Source of the DNA: the human T2T-CHM13v2.0 reference genome, Homo sapiens
Length of the DNA: 64,000 nt
NCBI RefSeq assembly: GCF_009914755.1
Contig: NC_060926.1
Reading direction: 5' to 3' (one strand)
Numbering within the stretch: the stretch's first letter is position 1; each line of letters begins with the position of its first letter. The notes beneath the pieces were generated by a model. It saw only the letters and a list, made by a program, of their open reading frames with translations. It had not been told where the DNA came from and searched no databases. Below, piece by piece: positions 42,957 through 59,425 of this stretch. The position numbers and the translations under genes are program-made.

Positions 42957-43131
42957 CTAGGACTATAGGTGTGTGCCACCACACCTGGCTAATTTTTTTA
43001 TGTTTAATTTTTTTTGTAGAGACAGAGTCTCACTGTATTTCCTAGACTGTTCTCAAATTCCTGGGCTCAAGCCATCCTCCTGCCTCAGTCTCTCAGAGTG
43101 TTGGGATTACAGGTATGAGTCACCACACCTA
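42957..43131 (-). mobile_element. AluJ, 5' part (split by MST insertion)
   Basis: Resumes 'ctaggactataggtgtgtgccaccacacctggctaatt'. Confidence 0.9.
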
Positions 43132-43769
43132 GATTTGATATTTCAATATAGTCCGTCAACATTTATGCATAGAGTTTAAACATGTGATCCTCCCATCATT
43201 TGAATCTTGGCTTTTTCCAGTGTTGCCTTTAGGGAGAATCCCTCCCCTCTCCAATACAATTCCCTGTCCTCAGACTCTTGATTGGTGTCCTTGTCAGGCA
43301 AGCCAAGCCTTTGCAGAAAATGGGGATTTGAAGTAAAGAGTAGACTTTGACCCAGATCCTTGTCACTAACCCAATTCCCGAAGCCATTAGAAGGAATGGG
43401 AAAAAAATCACCCACATTTAAAACAGCCTACAACTTTCTCCTTCTCCAGCAGTGACTGAAATTACTTAAATGTCTAATTTTAATTTGATACATTTATCAG
43501 TACTTCTTAACTCTCATGAACTTATTCCAATCCTATTATGCAGAGATGTAGATTCAAATACATCTCTATAATTTGCAACAGTTAATCCTTTCCTGAATCC
43601 AATGCTCCAAGGCTAAACCTGGCTTTGAGATGCCAGAACCGATTAATGACAAAAAGGTAACACTTGCTGAGTGTGAATATTTCAGTTCATTTCTGCAACA
43701 GCTTTCGTTGGCCATTTTTATCAGAAGTCATCCCCCAATGATTCTCCATTTCTCTCAGACGAGGACTAG

Positions 43770-43960
43770 CACAGTGAAAAAAACATAATCTTTGGCACCA
43801 GACAGACTTGGGTTTCAGTCCCAGGCTTGTAATTAATAACTATAGGATCTGGGCAAACACATTACTTCTGAGCTTCTTTATCTGCCTATGGCATCATGAT
43901 TGTTTAACTTTCAGGACAGTAGTGAGATTTAGAAATACGTGATGTGTCTGTGTCATGCCA
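43770..43960 (+). mobile_element. MIR fragment
   Basis: 'ccagacagacttgggtttcagtcccagg..ctgggcaa'. Confidence 0.6.
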
Positions 43961-45339
43961 AACTCCATGCCTCAGGTCTTCCACGGGGTATCTGGTCTAT
44001 TTCCCACCTCCATTGGCCCTAACCCCTCTCACTGGCTTTCCAAAAGCAAAAGTAGCCTCCTTGTATGGTAACCCTGAACTTTGCCTGGATCCCTTTCAAT
44101 CAAAAGGAAAGAATGTTCTCCTGCCCATTAAAGGAATGTGACATTTTCTTGCAGCCATTGATCACTGCTCAGGATTCTATTAGGAACTTGATGTTCCTTA
44201 GCAACCCCCTAGCAACAGAAGCTTACCTGCAATTGCATAAGGCTTTCCAGAAATTGTTTTCTAAAGGCACACTTATTCCTTACCAACATTTTTACCCTCA
44301 AGGAAATAATTTCTCTTTATTGCTTTTCCTGATCACAGAAGTAATACAAACTCGCTTTAGAAAATTCAAGCAATACACAAGTAAAGAAAAATAAAACTTC
44401 CTGGTCGATACTACTCTGTTCTCACCCTCGCACCCTGCCCCAAAGAAAACCTCCCAATAGATACTGTTAAACGAGGTTGGGGAGGTGGTGCTTTTGGTTG
44501 GTTTTTGGGGTTTTTTAATGGAGTTTAAGTTACTTTCATGGGCAATATGTGACAAAACTTTTTTTAGGTGTCAAAAATAGAAGACAGTTTCCCTTTTCTT
44601 TTAAGGAAGTGACTACCACAATTCCTGAATTCTGGGTTGTTTTGTTATTGTTGTTTTTTTCCTTTCTTTCCTAGACAATAAATATTTCCTTTATACTGAA
44701 TTTAAGGAGACTGACAAAAGGACAGACTGTGGAAAGACTGTGAATAAGTTTGCCCAACCCAGTGAGCAGTGTTGGAGTGTGTGGTATAAAGACCAAAATG
44801 AATTAACATAAAGGCCAAGATGACATGGTCACTCAGTAGCTATCATGGCAATAAGCTGAGCTGGAATCCTCTGTACCTGAAAATAATAAAGCTGCTTTTT
44901 AAACCTTAATGAGAGTCTAAATGGATGCAACTAAGGCTAAAAGGAAAAATAGGCTTCAGGTGACTACAATGTGACCAACTCTCCAGGAAGCAAAAGATCT
45001 GAAGCCCCGTCCCTATAGTAACACCTGTCTCAGACCTGGAACATTACCACACCTGAGGTTCATTTCCTTTAGATCTTAAAAGCAATCGAAGTTTGAAACT
45101 CTCCTTGGTGCAAACACCTTTGGAAAAGGATGCCCTGCAATTGTAAAGTCTGGCCTTAGGAAGTGTTGCCCGGGCTCAATACTACGGAAAGTCCTCAGGG
45201 GACACAGCAGAGGGCCAGAGACCATAAAGCAAAATCTTTAGAGAAAGTCTTGTAGTGCAAATTGTAATATAGAAAACATAATATAGAAGAACAGCCCTAC
45301 TCTTATTGAAGAGTTTGTAAATCCCTGGTATGGAAGAGA

Positions 45340-45520
45340 ATAAATAGGATTTTAATTTCACATCTGGGCCCTGGTATTCATATCTTAGGGCAGGCAAGTC
45401 ATTTAATCTCATTGGACCTCAGCTTCCTAAGCTGTAAAGTGAGAAAAAGAATCTGTGCCTCCCAAACTCATAGGGTTGATATGAAGTAAGTTAGGTGCTT
45501 TGAATCTTGAAAGCACAACT
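45340..45520 (+). mobile_element. MIR fragment
   Basis: 'ggcaagtcatttaatctcattggacctcagcttcct..ctgtaaagtgag'. Confidence 0.65.
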
Positions 45521-45624
45521 CAAATAGAATGTATACTATGAGAAAGAAATAGAGAAAACTTTACTCAGCTGTCTGCCCTCAGTGTAGCCAGAACGGGATA
45601 TCAGTTCTATGACTTAAGACATTT

Positions 45625-45962
45625 GGCTGGGTGTGGTGGCTCACACCAGTAATCCCAGCACTTTGGGAGGCCAAGGCGGGTGGAGGTCAGGGGTTCGAGA
45701 CCAGGCTAGCCAACATGGTGAAACCCTGTCTCTACTAAAAATACAAAAAAAAAAAAAAAAAAATAGCTGCACATGGTGGCGGGTGCTTGTCATCCCAGCC
45801 ACTTGGGAGGCTGAGGCAGAATAATTGCTTGAACCCCAGGAGGCAGAGGTTGCAGTGAGCCGAGATCATGCCACACTCCAGTCTGGGGCAGTGGATCAAG
45901 ACTCTGTCGAAAGAAAGAGAGAGAGAGGGACAGAGAGAGAGAGAAAGAAAGAAAGAGAGAAA
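45625..45962 (+). mobile_element. Alu (AluS-type) with GA-rich tail
   Basis: Dimeric Alu consensus. Confidence 0.92.
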
Positions 45963-46249
45963 TTCCACTGCCTCCAACCTGCATTACAGTTCCAAAATTG
46001 TAGATTCCTTCCCTAGATGGAAATAATCCTAATACCTACATCATATTTAAGGATCTAGTCACATGGGTTTTATATTTAAAAAAGAAATTCCCTCTATAGG
46101 CTTATTATAAAAATTTCAAGTAGGAATACAGATAAACATTGACCAAAACAAAAAATATTTTCCAGTTCTCACCCTTCCCAATCCCAAAATTATATGATGA
46201 CTTTTAATATTCAATAAGTCAGTGTTGACAGTGAGCTCTAAAAATGAGG

Positions 46250-46545
46250 TGCCAAGCGTGGTGGCTCACGCCTGTAATCCCAACACTTTGGGAGGTTGAG
46301 GGGGGCAGATCACATGAAGCCAAGAGTTTGAGACCAGCCTGGTCAACATGGCAAAACCCCATCTCTACTAAAAATACAAAAATTAGCTGGGTGTGGTGGC
46401 GCACGCCTGTAATCCCAGCTACTCATTTGAGCCTGGAGGCAGAGGTTGCAATGAGCTGGGATCACATCACTACACCTCAGCCTGGTGACAGAGTGAAACT
46501 CTGTCTCAAAAAAATTAATTAATTAATTATTTTAAAAAATAAAAA
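46250..46545 (+). mobile_element. Alu with small deletion in the right monomer
   Basis: 'gctactcatttgagcc' lacks gggaggctgaggcaggagaat. Confidence 0.9.
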
Positions 46546-46934
46546 TGTTTGGGGTGCTATGCAGACTTTCCTATTTGAGGGATTGTGGGCTGCTGAAAGG
46601 CCATTCTCTGCTGTCACATTTGGGGGCTGTGGAGTTCAGACATGAAACACACAAATTCTCTGTACCTTGCTACTCTTCCTCCAAGTCATGAGAGCATGAG
46701 ATGAAGGAAATCCAGCCAAGCCCTTGGTGTGGATGTGAGGATTCAAGTGAGGAGTCACAGGACAGGCTGGTAACGCCTTATTCTCCGAGGGCAGAGCAAG
46801 GAAGCTGGGGGGTCCTCCCTGGTCTCTGAATGCTCATCTGTAATTGTGCTGAAATTGTGTGGAAAACAACCTTTGATTTCCTAAACACGCAGCGGTCATC
46901 ACACCAAGATGGAACATCCTGGTCAAGAGACTTA

Positions 46935-47254
<320 letters not shown>

Positions 47255-47389
47255 CCTTTCACAAATATTTATCCAAGCCTCCAGAAGGAAAAAGAAGTCC
47301 AGAATCACTGCAGACATAGCCCTGGGTCACCACTCTCCTAGTTGCACCCACTACCAGGAGAGGTAGTTTTCAAACATAATTTTGTTATA

Positions 47390-47530
47390 CTCCCTTCCTT
47401 CCTTCCCTCCCTCCCTCCCTCCCTCCCTTACTTCCCTCCCTCCCTCCCTCCCTGCCTTCCTTCCTTCTTTCCTCTCTCTCTCTTTCTCTTCCTTCTTTTC
47501 CTCCCTCTTTCTTCCTTCCTCGTTTCCTTT
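47390..47530 (+). repeat. (CCCT/CCTT)n pyrimidine tract
   Basis: Directly visible. Confidence 0.92.
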
Positions 47531-48404
47531 TAAACGAGAGGAACACTTCTTTTAAATGAAATCTTACTTGGGAGCCTCTTATCCCTTCTTTCCTTCCCAA
47601 TCCCACTTTCTGGGCAGACCTCACTCATACGAACAGAAACTTTGCTGGCCTAAGTCACCGAATCAGAGGTATGCACTGACAGTTGGTCAATATTTGTAAG
47701 AAAAAGGATTGTTTGCCTCAGAAATATTTTAGCTGATAGAATCTGAAGGACACAAAGTTTCTTCCCCGTGAGACCTGAGGGACTGCTTGCTGCAGGGTGC
47801 AAAAGGGAAGAAACGGGGAACCAGGGAGAGAAGACGCAGAACCTAGAGGGGCCCTTGGAGGTCCACAGGAGCCTGCCTCTGCACTAGCGGGTTGTGACTC
47901 CCCAGGAGAAGCCTTGTTTCCACTCCCCACTACCACCAGGGAGAGAGAGGGCTGTGGTCAGCTGGGCCTAAATTCTGGCTACCGTTGGGTGAACGAAAGA
48001 CCTCTAGGAAGCTGCTCTCAGGACTCTAAGGAAGGAGGACAACAACTAGGTGGCCTTGGGGAGCAGGATCAGAAGAAAGTCTTGGCACACGCGCCTTCCC
48101 CAGGCCACTCCCCCCTCAAGCACAGGTTGGTGGCTGAGTGGTCGCCTGCCAGCCTCCCAGCCGGGAGAGCAACACCGTAGCAGGAACAGGCCACACAGTC
48201 CTTGAAGGAAGACAATGCCCTCTTGGCATGAAGTCAGCACTCCGGAAACATTCTGTGGGTATTGAACTTGAGCCTTGAGTGGGAAAAATGGTTTTTCTTT
48301 AGTTTGAGAATGTGGCCCAGGGCCAGGAGTTTCAGAATAAAAGCTTCAATGATAACTTTCAGAATTCACCCTGCTCACTTCTGCATATGTTTATCTTAAA
48401 AAGG

Positions 48405-50025
<1,621 letters not shown>

Positions 50026-50027
50026 CC

Positions 50028-50345
50028 TTTTTTTTTTTTTTGAGATGGGGGTCTTGCCCTGTCGCCCAGGCTGGAGTGCAGTGGCAGGATCTCAGCTGAC
50101 TGCCACGACTGCTTCCTAGGTTCAAGCCATTCTCTTGCCTCAGTCTCCCAAGTAGCTGGGATTACAGGCACCCCAAAAGGCTGGGATTATAGGCATGCAC
50201 CACCACGTCCAGCTAATTTTTGCATTTTTAGTAGATACAGCGTTTCACCATGTTGGCCAGGCTGGTCTCGAAATCCTGACCTCAGGTGATCCACCTGCCT
50301 CGGCCTCCCAAAGTGCTGGGATTATAGGCGTGAGCCACGAGCCCT
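50028..50345 (-). mobile_element. Alu (AluSx-like) with small internal duplication
   Basis: 'gctgggattacaggca' repeated at ~50155 and ~50180; TSD caattaaac. Confidence 0.92.
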
Positions 50346-50769
50346 ACCCAATTAAACATTTTTTTAAATAATAATTTTGAGGAAGACAAAAAGAGTCATA
50401 CAAAGTCCAAACATCGAGTAAATGTGAAGGCACAATGATTTTACAACAAGAGGAAGGCAAGCTACCACCAGCTGGTCCTATTTAATAAAGAAGGAAATGT
50501 AGAGAAATGAAGGACTCCATTGTGCCTAGTGATAAAGAAGAGAGGAAATAAATATTAACCAAGGCAAAAGAAGAAGAAAAACAAGCCACAGAGAGTATTT
50601 TTGTTAGCTTCTGAAAGGCCTAAACATGGGCTTCCAGCTGATCATTCCCACAAATGGTCTAAGCTGATGCTCCCAGAGTAGATCATTACCAACTGCTCTG
50701 TGGTCTCATGGTACCTCATACTTTTTCTCACTACACATATCAAAATACATAAAATGGTGCACAGCTACT

Positions 50770-50925
50770 CTCCACTACACTGTCACCCAAGGAGGGCAAA
50801 GTTCAAGTCTGTTCCCCTCACCGTGTTATCCACAGAGCACTTGACACATGATAGACAATCCAGTGAAGATTGGTTGGTTGGTTGGTTGATTGAATGATTG
50901 GTTGAATGCATGCATGAATAAATAC
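50770..50925 (+). mobile_element. LINE-2 3' end with (TTGG)/(TGAA) tail
   Basis: 'cacagagcacttgacacatgatagacaatccagtgaagattggttgg..tgaatga'. Confidence 0.65.
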
Positions 50926-51072
50926 ATAAAAACCCTCCTTGGAAAGCAGTGACTGCACTGATGCGCTCTTCTCGGAAATGTAAACTGCTATTGTATTTTA
51001 GGAAAGCAATTTGGCACAATCTCTCAGCATTTCCAAAGCACATACCCTTTGACCCAGAAACTCCCCTTTTAG

Positions 51073-51468
<396 letters not shown>

Positions 51469-51836
51469 TGACATGCACATTTACTGCAGCATTATTTGCA
51501 ATTGAAAAACCCTGAAAAACATAAAATTGCTTAAATAAATTATGGTATATTTACATGATGAAATACTATGTTGTCATTTTTAAAATAGGTCTTCATGGAA
51601 AGATATTTGTAATCTATATTAAAAGCTAACAGGCAAATTATTGAAGAATATATTTAAGGGAATCCCAGTTGTGCTTCTTTTATTTTAAAAAGTGTTTATA
51701 ATTGAAGAGAAGAATTACAAGAAATATTATCTCAGGAACAGGACTATGTTTAAGAGGGGGAGAGTAATTTCTACTTTTCAGATTGTTCCTTTCTACACTC
51801 TAAAATTTTTTTTACCATAAGCATGTATTAATTTTA

Positions 51837-52184
<348 letters not shown>

Positions 52185-52369
52185 TTATATTGTAGAAAAC
52201 ATACCAACTGAACATTAGGATGCTGTACATTTCCTATATGTTTCACACTTTCCCAAATGGATCTCTGTAAGCAGGGAGTAGCTTTGGCATCATCTTGAAT
52301 GTGTGAGTTTTGTTTGTTTGTTTGTTTGTTTTTTGGGTAACCCTTGAGGAATTTCAAAGTACCTGAATT

Positions 52370-52640
52370 AGTCAGAATAGACTCGGCTATGCTGCAAAAC
52401 AAACCCCCAACAAAGGTTGATTTCTCACAGTGCAGGTGGGGCACCCCCTTACTTCCCCGGCTTCCAAGGTGGTTATGGCAGAAGAAGGGAGAGAACTGGG
52501 GAATCTGGAGGGTGTTCTTAAAGTCAAGATTGGACGTGGCTGATATAACTTCTGCCCACATCACATGAGCTGGAACCTAGTCCCAACCTAACTTCAAGAG
52601 AGACTGGGAAATTAGAGGACAGAGGAGTATTCAGCATTCA
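52370..52640 (-). mobile_element. Old MaLR LTR (MLT1I/J-like)
   Basis: 'aacttctgcccacatcacatgagctggaacctagtc..caagagagactgggaaat'. Confidence 0.55.
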
Positions 52641-52784
52641 CTACTAATCACAGCTGGGGCACCCTCATGTGCATCAGAACATTTGTACCTGCAAATATCC
52701 CTGTGATGTCAGAAGGAAATTTGCTATCCTCTTTTATAAGGCAAGGAGACAGATATTTTATTCAGCATTCGAAGAAGCCAAGGG

Positions 52785-53138
<354 letters not shown>

Positions 53139-53387
53139 TTAAGCTTCCCTTGTGCCTAATTATCTGTGTAAGAGGCTTGAAGTCTGTGACCTTATTTAAG
53201 TCTCACAGGGAGTTACTTTTCTTCTTCCTATTTTACAGTGGAGGAAGCCTCCTTGCAGAGATGGGAAATGCTGTGAGATCAATGACTAATAGGGAGAGAG
53301 CTCTCATGAGAACCCAGGTCTTCAGACCCTGGACCTGGGCACTATCTGTCACTCCAAATGGCCAGTCCCTACCTTCCTGAGTCGCCT

Positions 53388-53748
53388 TGTGATATAATCT
53401 CATGTCAACATGTAATCCCCAATGCTGGAGGGGAGGCCTGGTGGGAGGTGATTGGATTATGGGAGTGGATTTTTCATGAATGGTTTAGCACCATCCTCTT
53501 GGTACTGTCCTGGTGATAGCATCTTTCTCCTCTCTCTCCCTCCAAATCTGGCCATGTGATGGACCGGCTCCCCCTTCACCTTCCGCCATGATTGTAAGTT
53601 TCCTGAGGGCTCCCAGAAGCTAAGCACATGCCAGCATCATGCTTCCTGTACAGCCTCCAGAACCATAAGCCAAGAAAACCTCTTTTCTTTATAAATTACC
53701 CAGCCTCAGGTATTTCTTTACAGCAATGTGAGAATGGACTAATAATAC
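53388..53748 (+). mobile_element. MST (MaLR) solo LTR
   Basis: 'tgtaatccccaatgctggag..ggtgattggattatggg', 'ccatgattgtaagtttcctgag', ends gaatggactaataataca. Confidence 0.88.
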
Positions 53749-54454
53749 ACATTGCAACTGCCGTCTCAGCCCCACCCAGTCCTGGAAGAGAAGATATTAG
53801 AACCTTCAGCCACAGCAGTGGGTGGAGACCATCCCAAGATACCTCTCCATTGCCCCCTTCAACCTTGTGACTAAGCAGCAGCTTATCTTGACTTCCTGCT
53901 ACCTCCTGAACCTGTCTCTGAATCCCATCCAGGCTCAGGGCCTAGAAGCCTATGAAAATCTGCCAGCCCACGACCCCTCTCCACACTCCCTCCATAACTG
54001 CCATCTCTGGACAAGCTGATGGCCAAAGCCCCTGGACTTCCGGGCCCAGCAGTCCCCTAGTCTCTAGCTCTGGATACCAAAGCCTCACCTCCCTTGGACT
54101 CAGCTGGGCAGAAGAGCACGGGTTGTCATCTTTTACCGGTGTGATCTATACCCCATAGCCACCCAAGCCTGGGGTTCTAGTGAACCAGCCCTAGACACCT
54201 ATGGAAGCAGCCAAATGTCCTTTTCCTTCTCCTCTCCTCTTGTTGACTAGACCTCCAACCTGACTCCTGATTCCAACAGCGGTCCACAGTGGAGAATGTA
54301 GGCCAACTATGAATACTGACTGGAGATCTGAGATCTTAACACCCGTTCCTCATTCCCTTGACTCCACCCACTATATCCCATTGCCAGCTAGCCCCGCACC
54401 TCTAGAGGGTCTCCATGGAACTTCAACTTTTCCAAGTGTTACCTATAAAATAAT

Positions 54455-54590
54455 CCATATTAGCTGAGAGTGGTGGCACATGCCTGTGATACCAGCTACT
54501 CGGGAGGCTGAAGCAGGAGGATTGATTGAGCCTAGTTTGAGTCCAGTCTGGGCAACATAGTAAGATACCATCTCAAAAAATAATAATAAT
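54455..54590 (+). mobile_element. Alu monomer (FLAM/FRAM-like)
   Basis: Single monomer; TSD aataatccatatt. Confidence 0.85.
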
Positions 54591-56404
54591 CCATATTGCA
54601 ACACAGGCATTTATAAATTGCTAGGGAAGAAAGCATCTCTTTTAAGGAAATAGAATGAAAAAAGAGTTTAGAAAAAAATGGTCAGAATGGTAAATGATTA
54701 TTTACTGTTGTTATTGAGCTGCATGGAAAAGAGCTCAGGGAAATTCCAGTGTGGTTGTAGGGAAGTGGTGCCAAAGTTGCAGAGGAGGAGCCGAGAGCTC
54801 TGTCCCTGTATGGCAGGCACAATTGTTTTATCTGCCCAGCAGGCCCTTCCTTCTGCTGGGACTGAGCCTGCTTTGTTCATCTATGTGGCCCACAGGGAAC
54901 ATCCAGGTTCATATATCACTATGCTGGGCACCTGGCTCAAGCCAGACCAAAGAACTCTTTGTGTGTGCAGAGAAGTTCCATTTGTGTACTTAATTCCTGG
55001 CATGGAAGAGGATGTTTTTAATCTGAAATTTACCAAGATTAACTTTAAAATGTGTATGTAATTTGGAAATGAGGCTGTTTCCACGTAAGCTTGACTCTTG
55101 TCTTGAATGAAGCCAATATGAACATAGGAGCTGCTGGGGCGCCATTTTAAAATGTGTTGGCTGGGAGGCAGAGATGGCCTTTGGGTAGCAAAGCAAAGGC
55201 TGACCCAGAGACTGGGGGAAGCAGAAACTGGAGTCCCTGGCAGTGTTCTTCCTGAGAGTCCCAATGAATTCCAGGGCCTGATTCTATTCTGCTCTGAAGC
55301 TCAGTAGCCTCCCAGGCCTTAGGTTCATAGAGGTCTCAATGCCCTTAAAATGGATTTCTCTTCTTGGTTAGACAGTTCATAGGACATTCTGTCCTTTGCA
55401 ACCAAAATTCCTATGTAATACAAACTGTAATTGGGGCAGGCCAGCACTGATCAATTTGCAGTCAGAATTTTCCATTGATACTCTCAAAAACATTTATGGA
55501 ATGTATCTAAACTGTGAACAAAATAATTTGGCATTTAGGCAGCAAATATGTATCTTCCAAGAAATTATTTACTACTTTGACCAAGTTTTCTCAGAATTGG
55601 CAAACACATTATTAAATTAAATCAATTTTACTTATTCTACAGAAGGCAAAATAAGTTGGTAGCATAAGGTAAATTGCTATTTTCAAGGTAATCGCCTTTG
55701 ACTTTTTTGGCGTTCTGAATTTCTAGCAGAACCTGCCAGTCTTTCTCAGCACTGGTTAGTAGAATCTCCAGTTTCCTGAATTGGATTACAAACCTGGGGA
55801 TTTTTTTTTTTTAATCACAATCACAACACACATAGCTGATCATTTGCCCTAAATTTAACAGGAAGGAGGAAACTGGCTAAAAAGAAATGCAGTGAATTCT
55901 GCCTTGGCTTTACCCTGGGATGGGGTTGGGGGGTGGGGGGTTGGTGTGCGTGTATGGAAGGCCTTTGTGTGGATAGCCGCAGTTCCACTCCACATGCGAT
56001 TACCCGCTTTTGCTCTCTGCCAGGTCCTGTGCCAGCTGCTAGGTGCTCAAAAATAACTGCAATTGTTTCCTGACCCTCCACAAACCTTCAGAGTAATCAG
56101 GAAGATGGACAGGTGGCCAGGAACCATGGCACCATGTGACAAGCCCAAAAGAGCTCAGTCTTTGGGCACACAGATAAGAAAGCAGGGCAACCTGCCAGGT
56201 CACTCTGTGGAAACCACAGGGAAGAGTGGGTATGAAGGGAACTGGGCCAAGCAGACAGAACTGGGAAGAGCCTCCCAGGATGAATGGGATGAACAGAAGC
56301 GTGGTGTTGAGAAGGTGCATGGGGACTTGAGAAACTGCTAGTGGACCAGTTTCTTGAATGACCCAGACCCCTGGGCTCTACAAGAACAGGCAGTAGGGGT
56401 GCCT

Positions 56405-56472
56405 GCTTTCTTCTTTCTTTCTTTCCTTCTTTCTTCCTTTTGCCTTCCTTCCTTTCTTTCTCCTTTTTTTCT
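56405..56472 (+). repeat. (TTTC/CCTT)n tract (L1 tail)
   Basis: Directly visible. Confidence 0.85.
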
Positions 56473-56632
56473 TAAATAACAGCATTATTGAGATACAATT
56501 CACATGACGTAGAATTCATCCATGCCAGTGTACAATTCAATAGTTTTTAGTGCATTCATAATACTGTGCAACCATCAGCACTACCTAACTTTAAAATACT
56601 CCGTCATCCCAAAAAGAAAATCCATACCCATT

Positions 56633-57073
56633 TGTATTAGTCAAGGTTCCCTAGAGGGACAGAACTAATAGGATATATACATATGCATATATGGGAGTCT
56701 CTTAAGTATTAACTTACACCATCACAAAGTCCCACAATAGGCTGTCTGCAAGCTTGAGGAGCAAGGAGAGCCAGTCTGAGTCTCAAAACTGAAGAACTTG
56801 GAGTCCGATGTTTGAGGGCAGGAAACATCCAGCACGGGAGAAAGATGTAGGTTGGAAGGCTAGGCCAGTCTCGCCTTTTCACATTTTTCTGCCTGCTTCA
56901 TATTAGCTGGCAGCTGATTAGATTTTGCCCACCAGATTAAGGGTGGCTGTGCCTTCCCCAGCCCACTGACTCAAATGTTAATCTCCTTTGGCAACACCCT
57001 CCCAGACACACCCAGGATCAATACTTTGCACCCTTCAATCCAATCAAGTTGACACTCAGTATTAACCATCACA
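56633..57073 (-). mobile_element. MLT2A1-like (HERVL) solo LTR
   Basis: tgtattagtcaaggttccctagagggacagaactaatagga ... caagttgacactcagtattaaccatcaca; 5-bp TSD CCATT. Confidence 0.92.
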
Positions 57074-57591
57074 CCATTAGACAGTGGGAATCACTCCCTC
57101 TTTTTCCCAGCCCCTGGAAACCACGAATCTATTTCCCGTCTCTATAGATTTGCCTATTTTGGACATTTCACTTAAATGGAATCAAAGAATGTATGGTCTT
57201 TTGTGCCTGGCTCCTTTCACTTAACATAATGTTTTCAACATTCATTCATGTTTTTGCATTCAATCCTTTTATTACCAAATAACATTCCATTGTTTGGATA
57301 TACCACATTTTGTTTTTCCATTCATCTGTTGATGGACGTTTAGTTTGCTTCCCCTTATTGGCTATTTTGAATAATTCTGTTATAAACATTCATGTACAAG
57401 TTGTTATGTGGACATATCTTTCTCTTTCTCTTGGGTAGATACCTAGAAGTGGAATTGCTATGTCATATGATAACTCTATATGTAACATTTTTAGGAACTG
57501 CCAGACTATTTCCCAAAGTGGGTGTACCATTTTACATCCCCACCAGCAATGAATGAGGCTCCAATTTCTCCACACATTTATCAACACTTAA

Positions 57592-57798
<207 letters not shown>

Positions 57799-58164
57799 TA
57801 ATGGGTGTAACTTGGTATCTCATCATGGTTTTGATTTGCATTTCCCTGCTAACTAAGAATAGTCAGTTTTTTTCATGTGTTCCTTCTTAAAGTCTGTCCT
57901 TAAAGTTCAATAAATGCCTGACTTCCTGACATAAGAAAAAAGCAAAAAAGCACTGAAGGTCATCACTTTAGATTGGACAGATCAGGATTGCCTAACCCAG
58001 AAGTGACATGAACACTGTCCACAGGTATCAAGCTGAGTAAAGCCACAATGTAACTGAGGGAAGCTCTGAGAACCCATTCATGTATTTAATTCTTGGCATT
58101 AAGGAGGATGTTTTAAATCTGAAATTTACCGTGATAAAATATACTTGTATATGTATAATGTGTT

Positions 58165-58360
58165 GGAAGGCGCTTTAATATATGAAAAAAGCGTAGACTT
58201 AGAAATCAAATGAATCTGAATGTTATTCCTATTCTGCCATTTGTTAATTAGTTGGCTTTGGGCAAGTCAATCTCTACAAGGCTCAGCTTCCTCACTGGTT
58301 ACACAGGGAAGCAAATACCTAATTCACAGGTTTGTTGTGAAAATTAAATTAAATAATAGA
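58165..58360 (+). mobile_element. MIR fragment
   Basis: 'ctttgggcaagtca..gctcagcttcctcac..aatacctaattcacaggtttgttgtgaaaattaaat'. Confidence 0.75.
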
Positions 58361-59425
58361 CAGAACCTGCCACTTGGTGATCACCCCAATAAGCTGTGGT
58401 CCCTTTCTCTTTCTCCTAATACTTGACGGGGGACAGTTTCGCTGTAGCACATTGTCATGGCTTTCATAACTGTTACACGTTTCATAGCAACAAGATGTTC
58501 TCTTGGTCGAGGAAAGGAATTTCCTGTTGTATTTACTTAGTGTTTGTCAAGGGCCGATGATCTGGGGGCCTGAGCCAATCAGCACACACTCCAGAGCCTT
58601 CTCCTAGCCTGGTTCTCAGCAGCTGAGCAAGTTCAAAGAAGAATCTAATTGCATTTTCCCCCGACCTTAAGGACCTCAGAATCTTCATGTTGACAACACA
58701 GGGAGTTGGTGAGATGGCTCAAATGGTACAGAGAAAATGTGCTGTGTGCTCAGAGGCGAGATCCCTGGAAGCCTGGGTTTTCTGGGAAGGTCAGTGGAGA
58801 AGCTGGTCCCTGAGCCAAGGGAGGGAAGAGGAGAAAGAACCACATGGTTTGAGGGGAGGGGCATCATTTCCCTCAAAGAGAAATTGCCATGTCATCAGGG
58901 CCTGGGATTGCAAAGTATCTGAGGTTTTGGGAAGTGAGTTAAAATTTGGTTGGGCAGAATGCAGATAGAACAGAATGGAAGATCTAGTACTGAGAAGTAG
59001 CCTCCCAGAATCCCTGCTCTTCCACCCTGGGAGACTTTGTTTGATGAAATGGGACTGCCAGAGGTCTCCTGGATGGCTGCTGTTGGTGTCCCAGTGACGG
59101 TCACATCGTTTGTGCTATTTTTCTTGTGGATAATTAACTCACGGATGGATGGAAAAAGCACTGTCTTAACAATGCCTTCCCCTCACCAAACATGCTAAGC
59201 AGGTCTGAGGGAGAAGGCAGGGGCCCCACAAAGCTGGCCCTGCAGTCAGTGCCATCCAACCTCCATCACCAAGCCAGGACGCAAGAGCTGTATTCCTTCT
59301 CCACTCACTTCCTCTTGGCAGCCCCTTCACACTGGCTGGATGTTCCCGGCTTTCCTGCCTGCTGGCTTTCAAGGCAACAGTCTAAAAGAAGCATAGCTTT
59401 TGAGTAAATGTATGTACAAAGTACA

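Noticed and set aside
54678-55061. 127-aa ORF overlapping the 50-bp duplicated core
   Set aside because: Differences from the second copy are mostly nonsynonymous and there is no recognisable domain.
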